A stretch of DNA of 64,000 bases from Scenedesmus sp. PABB004 (Eukaryota), in assembly GCA_014905635.1 (NCBI GenBank), contig JABVCE010000008.1:1364001-1428000 (forward strand). Reading direction: 5' to 3'. Below are positions 1 through 13,191 of this stretch, in pieces. The position numbers and the translations under genes are program-made. The notes beneath the pieces were generated by a model. The model was not told the DNA's origin, did not search any database, and worked only from the letters and a program-made list of their open reading frames with translations. How positions within the stretch are numbered: the first letter of the stretch is position 1; each line of letters opens with the position of its first letter.

Positions 1-131
1 CGCCCCCGCGCGGCGGCGCGCGCGCAGCCCGAGCCCTGTCGCCCCCGCCCGCGCCGCGCCCCACACCAGGACGGCCCCGCCCTCACCACGCTGCTCTGCC
101 TTCGCCCCGCGCGCCGCGCCCACACCCCCAG

Positions 132-1978
<1,847 letters not shown>

Positions 1979-2306
1979 GTCTGCGACCCGTCGGCATAGG
2001 TCTGCGCGACGCGTGCGCGCGTGCGTCACGGCGGTGAGCGAGGCGTGAGCGCGCCGGCTGGCCGGGGCGCGGGGGGCGTTGGAGCGCGAGGGCTTTGCGC
2101 GAGGGCTTTGGCGAGGGAGCGGCGAGAGCGTTGAGCGCACGCAGCGGCGCGAGTGGAGAGCTGGGAGTGGTGGAAATCTGCAGCACCGCGCCGCGCCCCG
2201 CGCGCCGCAGCGCCGCCCGCGCGCCCGGCCGCCGCCGGCGCGCCCGCTGCTGCCGTGCAGCGCCGCAGCCGGGTCGGCCCTCCCTGCCGCAGCGCACCGC
2301 GCGGCA

Positions 2307-5300
2307 TGGAGGCGGAGGAGGCGCCGCGCACGCTCCGCTATCGCACCAGCGATGTGCAGAGCGACGCGGGGTCGTTCGCCGACCTGCTGCTGCCGCCGCC
2401 GCTCGTCGCGGCGCTCGCGGCGGCCGGCTTCGCGCGGCCCTCGCCCGTGCAGAAGGCGGCCATCCCGCTGGGGCGCGTGGGAGGGGACCTGATCGTGCAG
2501 GCCAAGAGCGGCACCGGCAAGACGGCGGTGTTCGCGACGCTGCTGCTCGACCGCGTGTCCCAGGCCGTGAACGCGCCGCAGGTGCGCGCGGGGTGCGGCC
2601 ACGAGCGTCAGCTAGCGCACGCGCCCTGGCAGCAGACCGTGCAGCGCCCGCGCGTCCGGCCGCGCCTCCGGCCGCGCCGACGCGCGCCCGCACTCGTGCG
2701 CCGCGCCGCCGCAGGCGCTAGTGGTGGCGCCGACGCGGGAGCTGGCCATTCAGAGCTACCAGGTGCGCCGCGCGAGCCCGCCGGCAGCCGGGGGCCCGGC
2801 GCGCGCGGTCCGACCAGGCCGCCGCGCCCCGCAGGTCATCCAGCGCGTCGCCGCCGCGCTGCCAGACCCCGCGCCCTCGGCGGCGGTGTTTGTGGGCGGC
2901 CTGCCCACCGCCGACGATGAGAAGCGGCTGCGCAGGTCAGCGGCGCCCCGCGCGCGGGGCGCCGCCCTGGCCGGCGAGGCGCGCGCGCCGCCGCGCACGC
3001 CAGCGCCGCCGACGCACCGCTGCGTGCCGCGCAGGGTGTGCCACATCGCGGTGGGCACGCCCGGCCGCCTCGGCGCGCTGGTGGGCTCGGGCGCGCTGCT
3101 GACGGGGCGCGTGCGGGCGCTGGTGCTGGACGAGGCCGACCAGCTGCTGGGCCAGGCCTTCTATGCTGACACGGCATGGCTGCTGTCGCAGCTGCCCCTG
3201 AAGAAGCAGGCGCGCCGGGGGGGGGGGGGGCGGCCGCCCGCGCTGCCGCCGGCGCGGCGCGGCCGCGGCGGCCGAGCACGCGCCGGGTGCGGCAGCTGAC
3301 CGCCCCTGGTCGCTGCGCAGGTGCTGGCCTTCTCGGCGACCTTCACGCCCGAGCTGCTCGCCGACTGCGAGGCGCTGATGCGGCGGCCACAGAAGGTTGG
3401 GGCCGCGCGGGGCTCGTGTGCGCTCGGACGCTGCACAGCGGCTGTCCGGCTCGCGCCGACATGCCCCCGCGCCGCGCCGCGCCGCGCCGCGCCGCGCGCC
3501 GCTGTCAGGTGCTGCTGTGCGAGGAGACGGTGTCGCTGCTGGGCATACGGCAGTTCTTCAAGCTCGTGGGCAGCAGCAGCGCGGCTGAAGAGGACGTCGG
3601 CGGCGGCGGCGGCAGCGCGGCCGGCGCTGCGGCCGAGGCCGAAGCCAGCGCTGGCGGCGGCGGCGGCGAGCCCGCAGCGCAGGCCGGGGAGCAGCAGGCC
3701 GCGGCGGCGCCGGGCCCCGTCGCGCAGCAGCAGGCGCTGCTGCTTCTGAAGGTCGAGGCCCTGCTGCAGCTGCTCTCCACCATCTCCTTCCACCAGGCGG
3801 GCCTGCGCGCGCGCCGCGGCTGCTGGCGCCGCGCGCGCGCCGGTGAGCCGCCGCGGCGACCGACCCCACCCCGCGCACGTGCGCGCGCTCGCCCCGCCCG
3901 CAGGCCGTGGTGTTCTGCAACCGCAAGCCCACTGCCGAGTGGCTAGCGCGGCGCCTCACCGCGGCGGGCTGCCCCGCCGCGCACCTCAGCAGCGACCTCC
4001 CGCAGCCGGAGCGCATGGCGGCCATGGAGGCAGTGCGGGGGTTCAAGGCGCGCGCCGCCCGTGCGAGCCTCGTGCGCACCCGCCCCCGCCGCGGTCACGG
4101 CCGCGGCCGCGAGCAAAGCGCGCGCCGCGCCGCGCCGCGCCGCGCCGCGCCGCGCCGCGCGCGCGCAGGTGCGCGTGATCGTGTCGACTGACGTCATGGC
4201 GCGCGGCGTTGACTTTGACCGAGTCAACGTCGTGGTCAACATGGACCTCCCGCCCGACGCCGCGACCTACGTGCACAGGTGGCCGCGCGGCGCGGCGCGG
4301 CGCGGCGCCTCGGCTGCGAGGCGGACCCCAGCGGCCGCGCGCAGCCGCGCGCAGCCGAGCGCCGCCGCCCGCGCAGGGTGGGCCGCACGGGGCGCTTTGG
4401 CAGCCGCGGCGTTGCGGTGGCGGTGCTCACCGTGGACGAGCTGGCCGCGCTGCGGGGATACCTGGCAGACGTGCGGGGCGGTGCGTGGCGGCTGCGCCAG
4501 GGGGGGGGGTGCGCAGGCGCCGACTGGCGCATGCCGCGCGCCGGCAGCGCCGCTGCCGCGCCGGCCGACGGCCCGCCGCGCCGCCCGCGCGCGCGCAGGC
4601 GAGGTGGCCCCGCTGCCTGAGCACGTGCCGGACGACCTCTACGCCTTTGCCCTGGAGTCAGACTGGGAGCGCGACGCGCTGGCCGCGCTGCTCGCCGCGC
4701 CCACCGGCACGCCGCCGGCCAGCCCGCCGCCGCTGCGGCGGGCCAAGCCGCGCGGCGCCGCCGACGCGCCCGGCGGCAAGGGCGGCAAGGGCAGCGCCAG
4801 TGGCGGCGGCGGCGGCGGCAGCCGCGGTGGGTATGATGAGTGCGAGGCGTGGTATGCGGCGCACGGGCCGGGCGGGGAGGGCGGGCACGATGCGGCGCTG
4901 GGCGAGGAGGGCGAGCAGGCGCACGGGGGCGGCGAGTGGCCGCAGCAGGACGGCGCCGAGGGCGACGACCCCGCCGCCGCGTGGGACGCGTGGGCCGACT
5001 ACTACCGCTCGCTCGGCTTCAGGTGGGGAGCCCCGCCGCGCGCTGCCGCTGGGCCTGCGGCGGCCCGCCGCCGCTGCGCTTGCTGCAGACCGCGCGCGCG
5101 GCGTCCACGCCGCCGCCGTCGCCGCCGCCGCAGCTACGAGCACGCCAACCCCTACCGGCAGCAGCAGCAGGAGCAGCAGCAGCAGGAGGAGCAGCAGCAG
5201 CCGGCGCCCTGGCCGCACGCCGACGGCGCCACCGACGACGAGTGCGAGCTGCCGATGAGCGACGAGGGCGTCGAGCCGCGCGCGCTGGCGCTGCTGGAGC

Positions 5301-5518
5301 GGCTGGAGGTCAGCGACGCGGCGCGAGCAGCAGCAGAGGCGGCGACGGCGGCGGCGGGGGCGGGGGCGGGGCCGCCCGCGCCTGAGTCGGCGCGCGGCGT
5401 GCAGCTGCCCGGCCCGCTATGCCATGGCTGCTGGGCCGCCGCGTACGCGGCCTGGGCGCGCGACTACGACGCCTGGCGACGCGCATGGGTCGGCGGGGCG
5501 GGCTGGCCGGCGGGCTGA
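2307..5518 (+). CDS. DEAD-box RNA helicase, DDX20/Gemin3-like, 11 exons
   Basis: Q motif [64 protein letters not shown] resembles DDX20. Confidence 0.93.
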
Positions 5519-5811
5519 GCCCTGGCAGGGCTCAGCGCTGCGGCTCGGCAACTCGCGCGGCTCGCTCCGGGACAGCGCAGGGCAGGCAGGGCAGGGCAGG
5601 GCAGCAGGGCACGAGCGGCTCACGCACGAGCGTGGGCGCGACAGCTCGGCGCGCCGCCGCTGCCGCCGCCGCAACAGCGCACACCAGCGCACCCGTCCGG
5701 CCTCTCCACGCAGCTGGACGCGGCCTCTCCACGCAGCTCGTTCCAGGGCGGGCTGCCGCCATCTTGGGCACGCCAGCGGCGGCGGCACGTCAGCATCGCG
5801 CCCGCCGCGCG

Positions 5812-6584
5812 ATGCAGGACGGCCGGAGCAGCCCCGAGGGCCTCATGAACGACCTGCCGCGCGTGCGTGGCCGCGTGGGAGCGCGCTCGGGGGCCGGGGC
5901 GGCGCGGGCGCGCCGACGCGGCCCGCGTCGGCGCTGCTGCTGTCGCCGCAGGTGCTGCTGGAGAACTACCTCATGCTCGCGGCCGCGCTGGAGAGCCAAA
6001 ACATGCTGCGCCTCAACGAGCAGCTGCAGTGAGCGGCCGCCGCGGGAGCGGCAGCGCGAGCTGCGGCGCCCCGCCGGGGCGACGCGGCGCTGCCCCGACC
6101 GCCGCCACGCAGGTACCACCAGAAGGTGCAGCAGAGCCTGGTCAGCATCGTGCAGCACATCGAGGACGCGCCGGCGGTCGCGATGACCGCCACCGCGCGG
6201 CCGCCGCCGCAGCCGCAGCAGCTGGGTCGGGGCCCGGACGACCCGTCGCCGGCGGGGCCGCAGCAGCAGCATCAGCAGCAGCAGCAGCAGCTGGAACAGC
6301 AGCAGCCGGAGCAGCAGCAGCAGGAACAGCAGCTGGGCCGCCAGCGGCAGGCGCCGCCGGCGTGGATGGCGGCCGTCAACCAGCCGGTCGCGGCGCTCCT
6401 GGGCGGCCTCGGGCTGGAGCAGTTTGTGCCCGCGCTCGAGGCGGCGGCAGTGGACATGGCGGCGCTGCAGCTGCTGGAGGAGCGCCACCTGCGCGAGCTG
6501 GGGCTGCCCATCGGCGCGGTGGTCAAGATCAAGGCGGCGCTGGCGCGCGGGGGCGGCGACGCGTGCGCAGGCGCGCCGCCGTAG
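5812..6584 (+). CDS. SSXT (SS18/GIF N-terminal-like) domain + Q-rich linker + SAM domain protein; exons 5812-5862, 5952-6028, 6113-6584
   Basis: Spliced LLENYLMLAAALESQNMLRLNEQLQYHQKVQQSLVSI (SSXT-like); C-terminal LGGLGLEQFVPALEAAAVDMAALQLLEERHLRELGLPIGAVVKI (SAM). Confidence 0.8.
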
Positions 6585-6621
6585 CTGGCGCAGCCGTGCG
6601 ACGCGGTGCGGTGCGGCGCTC

Positions 6622-7374
6622 TCACCGCGCTGTTGCAGCCGTCCCGGCGGCTCCGTGGCAACAGCGCGGGCTCCGCTCCCCGCCGCCGGTGGCAGCGCCG
6701 CGCGCCGCGAGCGGCTTGGCCAACTCTCGGCAGCCCGCGTCCGCCGCGGGCCTGAAGCCGTGGCGCTCGAAGAAGCTCCTCGAGCGCTCCACGCTCAGCA
6801 GCCGCAGGCCGCCAATGCGCTCCGCGCCCAGGGCGGCTGCGAGCTGGCCCTCCGCGCCCGCCACAAAGCGCTCGACGTGGCGCAGCAGGCAGCTGCCCGC
6901 GCCGCTCCCGGGCCGGTTGCTCACCAGCAGGTCCACATAAACGTGCGGCCCCGCGGCGCAGCAGCGTGGGCCAAAGATCGCAGCCGCGACGACCTCGCCG
7001 CCAGCGCGTCCGGCGGCCGTCGCCAGGAATATGGGCGCCGCCGCGGCGGCGGCGGCGGCGGCCGCTGACATTGCAGCGCCCTCACGCACCATCGTGAGCA
7101 GCTGCTGGCACACAAATACGTTGCTCGCCGGGCCCGCTGGCGGCGCGGCGAGGGTCGCCAGAGACGCCAGGAGCTCGCCCCACTCGCTGCAGGGGCTGAC
7201 TGCCAGCTCCAGCTGCAGCTCTTTCCCGTCAGCGCCCACGGCCGTGGCGCTCGCGTGCGTGTGCGGCGGCGCCGCACACGCCGCGATTGTCCACGCCGCC
7301 TCGCGCGCGGCAGTAGCCGGCTGCTCTGCTCGCGCCGGCGCCGCCTTTGGCGCCAGGGACGCCACCAGCGCCAT
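6622..7374 (-). CDS. GNAT-family acetyltransferase-like protein, intronless
   Basis: HVYVDLLVSNRPGSGAGSCLLRHVE (motif A) and LRLLSVERSRSFFERHGF (motif B). Confidence 0.75.
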   Translation of the reverse strand: MALVASLAPKAAPARAEQPATAAREAAWTIAACAAPPHTHASATAVGADGKELQLELAVSPCSEWGELLASLATLAAPPAGPASNVFVCQQLLTMVREGAAMSAAAAAAAAAAPIFLATAAGRAGGEVVAAAIFGPRCCAAGPHVYVDLLVSNRPGSGAGSCLLRHVERFVAGAEGQLAAALGAERIGGLRLLSVERSRSFFERHGFRPAADAGCRELAKPLAARGAATGGGERSPRCCHGAAGTAATAR

Positions 7375-10012
7375 GGTGCGCTCGTTTAAAGGCTCAAGCG
7401 CGCCGCGGCGTCCTGGCGCGAGCAGGGCGGGAGCAGCAAGGCGCGCGCACAGCAGCCCGCCACTGCGGCGCACACGAGCCTGTTCGCGCTCGCTCGCTCC
7501 TCGACCGTGCCCGACACGACGTATTCACGGCATTTCGCGGGCTCTGGACGAAGGGGAGGCCGCGCCCGAAGTTTGGCCGGCGGCGGTGCAGCGAGGCGCG
7601 GCTGACCGGCCCGGCACGGACCGCCCGCTCGCGCCTGGCGCCGTCGCGGCTGCTCTCCGTGGCTGCTTACGTACGTACGCCGGTGAGTTACACGCAAGAG
7701 TGGGCGCCGCGCGCCCGTCGTCGTCTCGTGGCGCCGCGCGCCTGTCGTCTCCTTCTTCCTTTCCTGCTTTTCTTTTCTGGTCAACAAAAACGCCTGACTC
7801 GTCGCTACCTTGGTCTGCAAAATGCAAGTGCCGCGGCAAACTCGCCGCCTACTATGGGCGGCTGCGGCGGACGAGCCGCCGCGGCCGCCCCTGCAGTGCG
7901 CCGTGGTCGAGGCCGCATGCGCGCCTGCCGCAGGGCATGCGCGCGTTTTTGTGAGTGATCTTTTCTTTTTGGAGTGATGGCAACGGGTGCACTGCGTGTG
8001 CAGCGTGCACGCCCAGCGATGGTGCGTCAAAGCCCAGCGCCAGCCCGCCCGGCGCTTTGTTTGCGTCCGTCCGTCAGCGGCGCGCGCCGGCCAGCGTCCA
8101 GCCGTGCCTGCGCGCGCACGCGCCCCGCCAGGCCGTCCGTGCGCGCGCCCCACCGGGCGCGCCCCGAGTCGAGCCGAGAGCCGAGCTGTCCTGCCTACCT
8201 ACCGGGCGTCCACTGATGCTGTTTGAGTGAAGGACGGGCGGGGCGGCCGCCGCCTGGGCGCCCCGGCGCCGCCGGCGCCGCCCCCGGGCCCGAGGGCCCC
8301 CACGCCACCTGGCGGCCGACATACGGCGCTCGCCATTCTCAAAAAAGTCGCGCATGCAATGCGCATGCACACTCTCTCTCCCTCCCCCAGAGCAGCAGCA
8401 GCGAGCGCCAACGAGCCGGGCCAAAGCCAAAGCCAAGTGAGGGGGCCGGGCCGCAGCGCGCGTGTGGTTGCGCGGGCAGCAATGCGGGCGCGCCGCAGCG
8501 CCCACGGAGTCGTGCTAGCGTCATGAGGGCCGTGCGGGGCGCGCATGTCGGGGCGCCCCGCACCACAGAAGGAGCGCGCACGCAATGCGGCGTGCGCGCG
8601 GGGCTGCTGTCACAGCAGCCCACGGGCTAGCGGCCGCCGGCCCCGCCGCTGCACCAGCGAGCAGGGCCTGGCGGTCGCCGCGAGATGCGACCGATTGCGC
8701 GTCGACTGCGCCCGAATGGCCCTCCGGCGGCGCCCGTGCCGCCGAGGCCCCCAAATCCCGCGTGCCAGGTCGGTGGGGGGTCAGAGCGCGCTGAGTTTGG
8801 TCAGCTGCAATCACGCGTTGCGCGTCGCAATCACTCCGTGGTAGCTCCTAGGTGGCTAGAGGTGTGCAAAGGCCATGGCCCCGCGAGGGCCGCGCGCGCG
8901 CGTCGGATGCAAATCGTCAGCATCGCTCCCTGCCGGCTGCATCAAGAAATCGCAGCGCCCATCTCTCCCGCCTGTGCTGGCCCCGGCCCCAAGATGGGGC
9001 CGGCCGGCCGAAAGCTCTCCAAAACCAGCAGCGCGCGCAAAACCTGCCCCGCCGCCCCCGCAGTGCCGGCGCGTCGGCTATCCGAACGCACGCGCGGCGC
9101 GGAGGGGGCACAGCACAGCAACAATGAAAGCCCCGCGGCTCCCACTGCGACTCGCGCAGCAGCGGGAGCTACTGCCTCCGCCGCCGGCCTGGTATCAAAG
9201 CCCGAGCAGCACACGACCAGATCTTTGACACCACACCATCACAGCCGCGGGCGGGCGGGCGGGCGCCTGGCGTGCGCCGCGGCGCCGTCCGCCCCCAGCC
9301 AACGCACGACCGCCGGCCTATGCACAAACGCGCGCGCGCGCGCGTGCCGTTGACGGCGCAAGGCTGGGCCCGCGCGCGCACTCTCGAGGGCGCTGGCATG
9401 CACAAGCTCGCTCCGCTGGGTGATGTTCTGCGGATGCCGGGCGCGACCGATGCAAAGCCCTGGCCTCAAAACTCCAAGCACGACACGACACACGCCAGCG
9501 CACGGCGGCGACCCGGGCGTGGCGGCGCGCGCGCTCGCGCGCGAGCGCGCGCGCCGCCGCCGCCGCAGAGCCGGGCCCCGCGCGTGCGTGCGCGTCACGC
9601 CTCGCCGTTGCTCACTGACACACCGTCCATACTGCCCGATGCGCGGCTTCCAACACGGTATGCACAGCCGCGCATGCGAGCCAGCGCTCACGCCGCCCGC
9701 CTGCCCGTCACACCTGCACATGCGCACGCACGCCCGCGCGGGGCGGCGCGGCACACTCAGCATGCTCACCGATACTGCCCCCTCCCCCACGAGGCGCGTG
9801 CGAGCTGCGGCCCCGCATGAGGCCGCGCCGCCGCGGCGCGCCTGCGCGCAGATGTGCGCGCAGGCGGCCGCGCGGCCAGTCTGGTTGAGTTTCTGCTGAC
9901 CCCGGCCGTCCCGCCCGCGGGCTGCGCGCGCATGCAGGTGCGCGCGCCCCCATCACGGCCGCGCGCCGCCCCTGCATCATCAAATGCTGTCTGCATGCGC
10001 GTCGCCCGTCGC

Positions 10013-10548
10013 TTATTTATTAAGCAACCTAGCTGGCCAGCCAAGGTGAGGGGCGGCGCCCAGTGCTGCGCGCGCGCGCCGCGCTCGCGAGGCGGAGCGC
10101 GGCGCCGCGGCCGTGTCGTGCCTCGCGCGCCGCCTCACCTGCTGAGCAGGCCCAGCATCACAAACGCCGGCGGCGGCAGGCCGCCCGCGAGCGAGCCGGA
10201 GCACGCGCCGCCGCCGTCGCCGCGGGGCGCAGCGCGGTCGACGCCCGGCGGCGTCGCGGCGCGCAGGCCGCTGGTGGGCGAGTCGGGGAAGCACAGCTCC
10301 ATCTCGGAGCTGCACGACGAGGCGGGGCTGGGGCTGCGGCTGCACAGGCGCGCCGCCGCCGCGGCCTCCATGCGCGCCAGCCAGGCCGCCGCCGTGGCGG
10401 CGTCGGCGCACAGCGCGGCGAGCGCGGTCGAGGAGGCGCTGCCGCTGGCCATGGGCGACGGCGTGTCCACCGACGGGCTGTCCGGCCGGCCCGCCTCGCG
10501 CAGGGCGAGGGGGCGCAGCGCCGGCGGGGAGCGGGTGGAGTGCGCCAT
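10013..10548 (-). CDS. Hypothetical Ser/Ala/Pro-rich protein, ~141 aa; exons 10548-10139 and 10028-10013
   Basis: ATG-initiated ORF with coding-like codon use; AG|GTGAG donor and TAG acceptor give an in-frame end LLSRLLNK*; no family recognised. Confidence 0.4.
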
Positions 10549-11205
10549 GCGGCCAAAAGTGGTTTGCGCGCCTGGCGGGCTCTGGGGCGTCCGCTTCTGC
10601 GCGGGGCGGCGCGCCGGAGCGGCGCGGGGGTGAGGCGAGTCCCTGGGCGCGAGCGCGGCGCCGGGCACGGCCGGGCGCGCGCGGCGGGCGGGGGCGGGCG
10701 CGGCCGTGATGCCCGGCCGCCTGGCGCCGCGGAGGCGTCCCCCTGGGCACGGCCGGCCGGCTGGAATGCTGCGCGCGTCCGTCCGCACCTGGGGGGGGGG
10801 CGATCAACGCTCGCGCGGGGCGCGCGTGGGAGCGCTGGCGGCAGAGAGGCTGCTGCGGGGGCGCGGCGCGGCTAGGAACGGCGGCGATGCGGGGTGCTCT
10901 AGGGATAGGGGATCAAGCGATGGCGCAGTGCGGGCGGGGCGGGCGGGGCGGCCTGGCGCGGCCGGGCGGCGCGCGGTTGAGCCCTTTCGTTTAAATCAGA
11001 TGCGCTCGCTCTCTGTTGCCGCGCCGCGCGCACGGGGCGGCCGCCAGGCCTACCCGCATCCGCATGCCCAGCGAGACGCAAACTGCGGCGGCGTCACCGG
11101 CGCGGCGCTGTGGTGACGCCTGCTGCTTTTTGGCGGCAAACGCCCCTGCAGGCGAGCCTGCCTCCAGCTCGGGTGCCGCCTGCAACCAACCGTCCAGCGC
11201 TCCCC

Positions 11206-12923
11206 TCAGCCCTCCTCCTCGGCCGCCGCCGCCGCCGCCTCGGCGCGCGCGGCCACAAACGCGGCGTCGCCGGCGGCCTGGAGCGCCGCGAGCTCGTGCG
11301 TCCAGCCCAGCGCGGCCGCCAGCGCCGCCACGGCGGCGTCGCAGGGGCCCAGGTGCACCGCGTCGCGGCAGCGCCCCGCGCCCGAAAAGTCAAACCCCCG
11401 CGCGCCCGCGCCGCTGCCGGCGTCGCTGCCGCTGTCGCCGGCGTCGCTGCCGCCGTCGCCGCTGCGTGGGAGCTCGCCCACGCGCGTCATGTTGAGCAGC
11501 AGCCGGGGGCAATCGGCCGGCACGGCGTCTGCGCGCGGCGGCGGGGCGCGCCAGGCGGGCGCGGCGACCGCACAACATCGGCGCACGCGCCGCAGGCGCG
11601 CAGCGCCCTCTGGCACGCGCGCGCGGTGCGCACCTATCATGCTCGCAAAGGGCTCCACACTCAGGCTGGTCGCCCGTCGCGGTGGGGCCGGGCCGTGCGG
11701 CAGGGGGGCGCGCGGCGGGCGGCAGGGGGGCGTCTCGGGTGCGCGCAATCGCCGGGGGCAGCGCCCTCGCAGCGCGCAGCGCGCAGAGCGGGCGGGGCGG
11801 CGGGCTCGCGCAGGCCAGTCGACTCGAGACGTCTCCGCCGGGGCGGCCGCCGCCGCGCGCACCTCGTGCCCATCACGATCAGCAGCTCGGCCCGCGGCAG
11901 GTCGGCCAGGCGGCGCTGGTGGAAGCGCGCCGGCAGCGGCTCGCCGAAGAACACCACGTCTGTCCACGGCGGGCGGCAGGGGAGTGTGTGTGTGTGGTGT
12001 GGGGGGGGGGGGGGGCGTGGGCGGGCGGGTGGGCGAGAGCGGCACGCGGGCGGCAGCGCGCGCTGGTGGGCACGGCCGGCGGCGCGCACCCGGCTTGAGC
12101 GGGCCGCCGCACGCGTCGCAGCGCGCGACAGAGTCGTCCATCGCGGCGGCCTTCACCGCGTACACGCACGCGGCGCGCCCGCAGCACGCGCAGTGCGCCC
12201 CGTCAAAGCTGCCGTGCGCGGTCACGACCGCGTCGGGCGGCAAGCCGGCGGCTGCCTCGAGGCCGTCGATGTTCTGCGTGAACAGACGCAGCAGCAGGCC
12301 CTTGTCGTGCAGCAGGCGGAGGAAGTGGTGCGTGGGGGTCGGCTTGTGGCGGCCGGGGAACAGCTCCTGCGGCGCGGGGTCGGCGCGGGGGTCGGCGGCG
12401 AGCGCTCGGGTCTTACGGCCGGCCAGCGCCGCGGCCGCCTGCGCGCCGCCGCCGCTCGCCCCCGCACCTTGGCCAGTGCATAAAAGGGCTCTGGCCTGTC
12501 TCTGAAGCAGTGCAGGCTGAACAGGGCCTGCGGCGGCCAGCCTGGCGGGAGCGCGGACTCGAGGTGCGAGAGCCGCGCGTACAGGCCCGTGCCCGACCGA
12601 AAGTCCGGCACGCCCGCCGAGACGCTGATGCCGGCGCCGGCCAGCACCACCACGCGCGGCGGCTGCGCGCGCGCGGCCAGCCACGCGGCAGCAGCGGCCA
12701 GCGTCGCGCTCGACAGGATCCGTGGCGGCGGCGGCACATCCCCGCAGCCGGCGACCACGGCGTCGAGTGTGTCTGTGTGCGCGGGCGGAAAGCAGCTCAG
12801 ACGGCTAGGGCTAGCTCTTGGGGGCGCGGGGCGACACAATGGCGCCCACCATCTCGCCCCGACACGGCCGCTATGCGCCGTGAGCTCACCCGCGAGCTCA
12901 ACATGTGCGGAGGACACCATCAT
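11206..12923 (-). CDS. NAD-dependent deacetylase, class I sirtuin (SIRT2/Hst2-like); start uncertain
   Basis: GAGISVSAGVPDFRS, PEPFYALAKELFPG, TQNIDGLE, AHGSF, Zn ligands CACC and CDAC, KPDVVFFGE, GTSLSVEPF. Confidence 0.93.
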
Positions 12924-13191
12924 GAGCTCGCGGCCGCTGCTGCTGCCGCCAGTGGCGGCCGCCGCCGCCGCCGCTGTCGCCTCCGCTGGCGCCAGCGCGG
13001 CCGCCGCTGCGGCCGCGGCTCCCGCGCAATGTGTGCTGCCTGCGCGGGGGCTGCCTGGTGCTGCAGGACTGTCTGCGACGCGCGCGGGAGCTGGGGGCTG
13101 AGCGCTCTCGCTCTCCCCCCTCGACCAGAACCGCAAGTTGCCCGCTCGCCTCCCCTCTCCGCCGCTCGCCGCGGGCGCGCAACCGTGGCCA

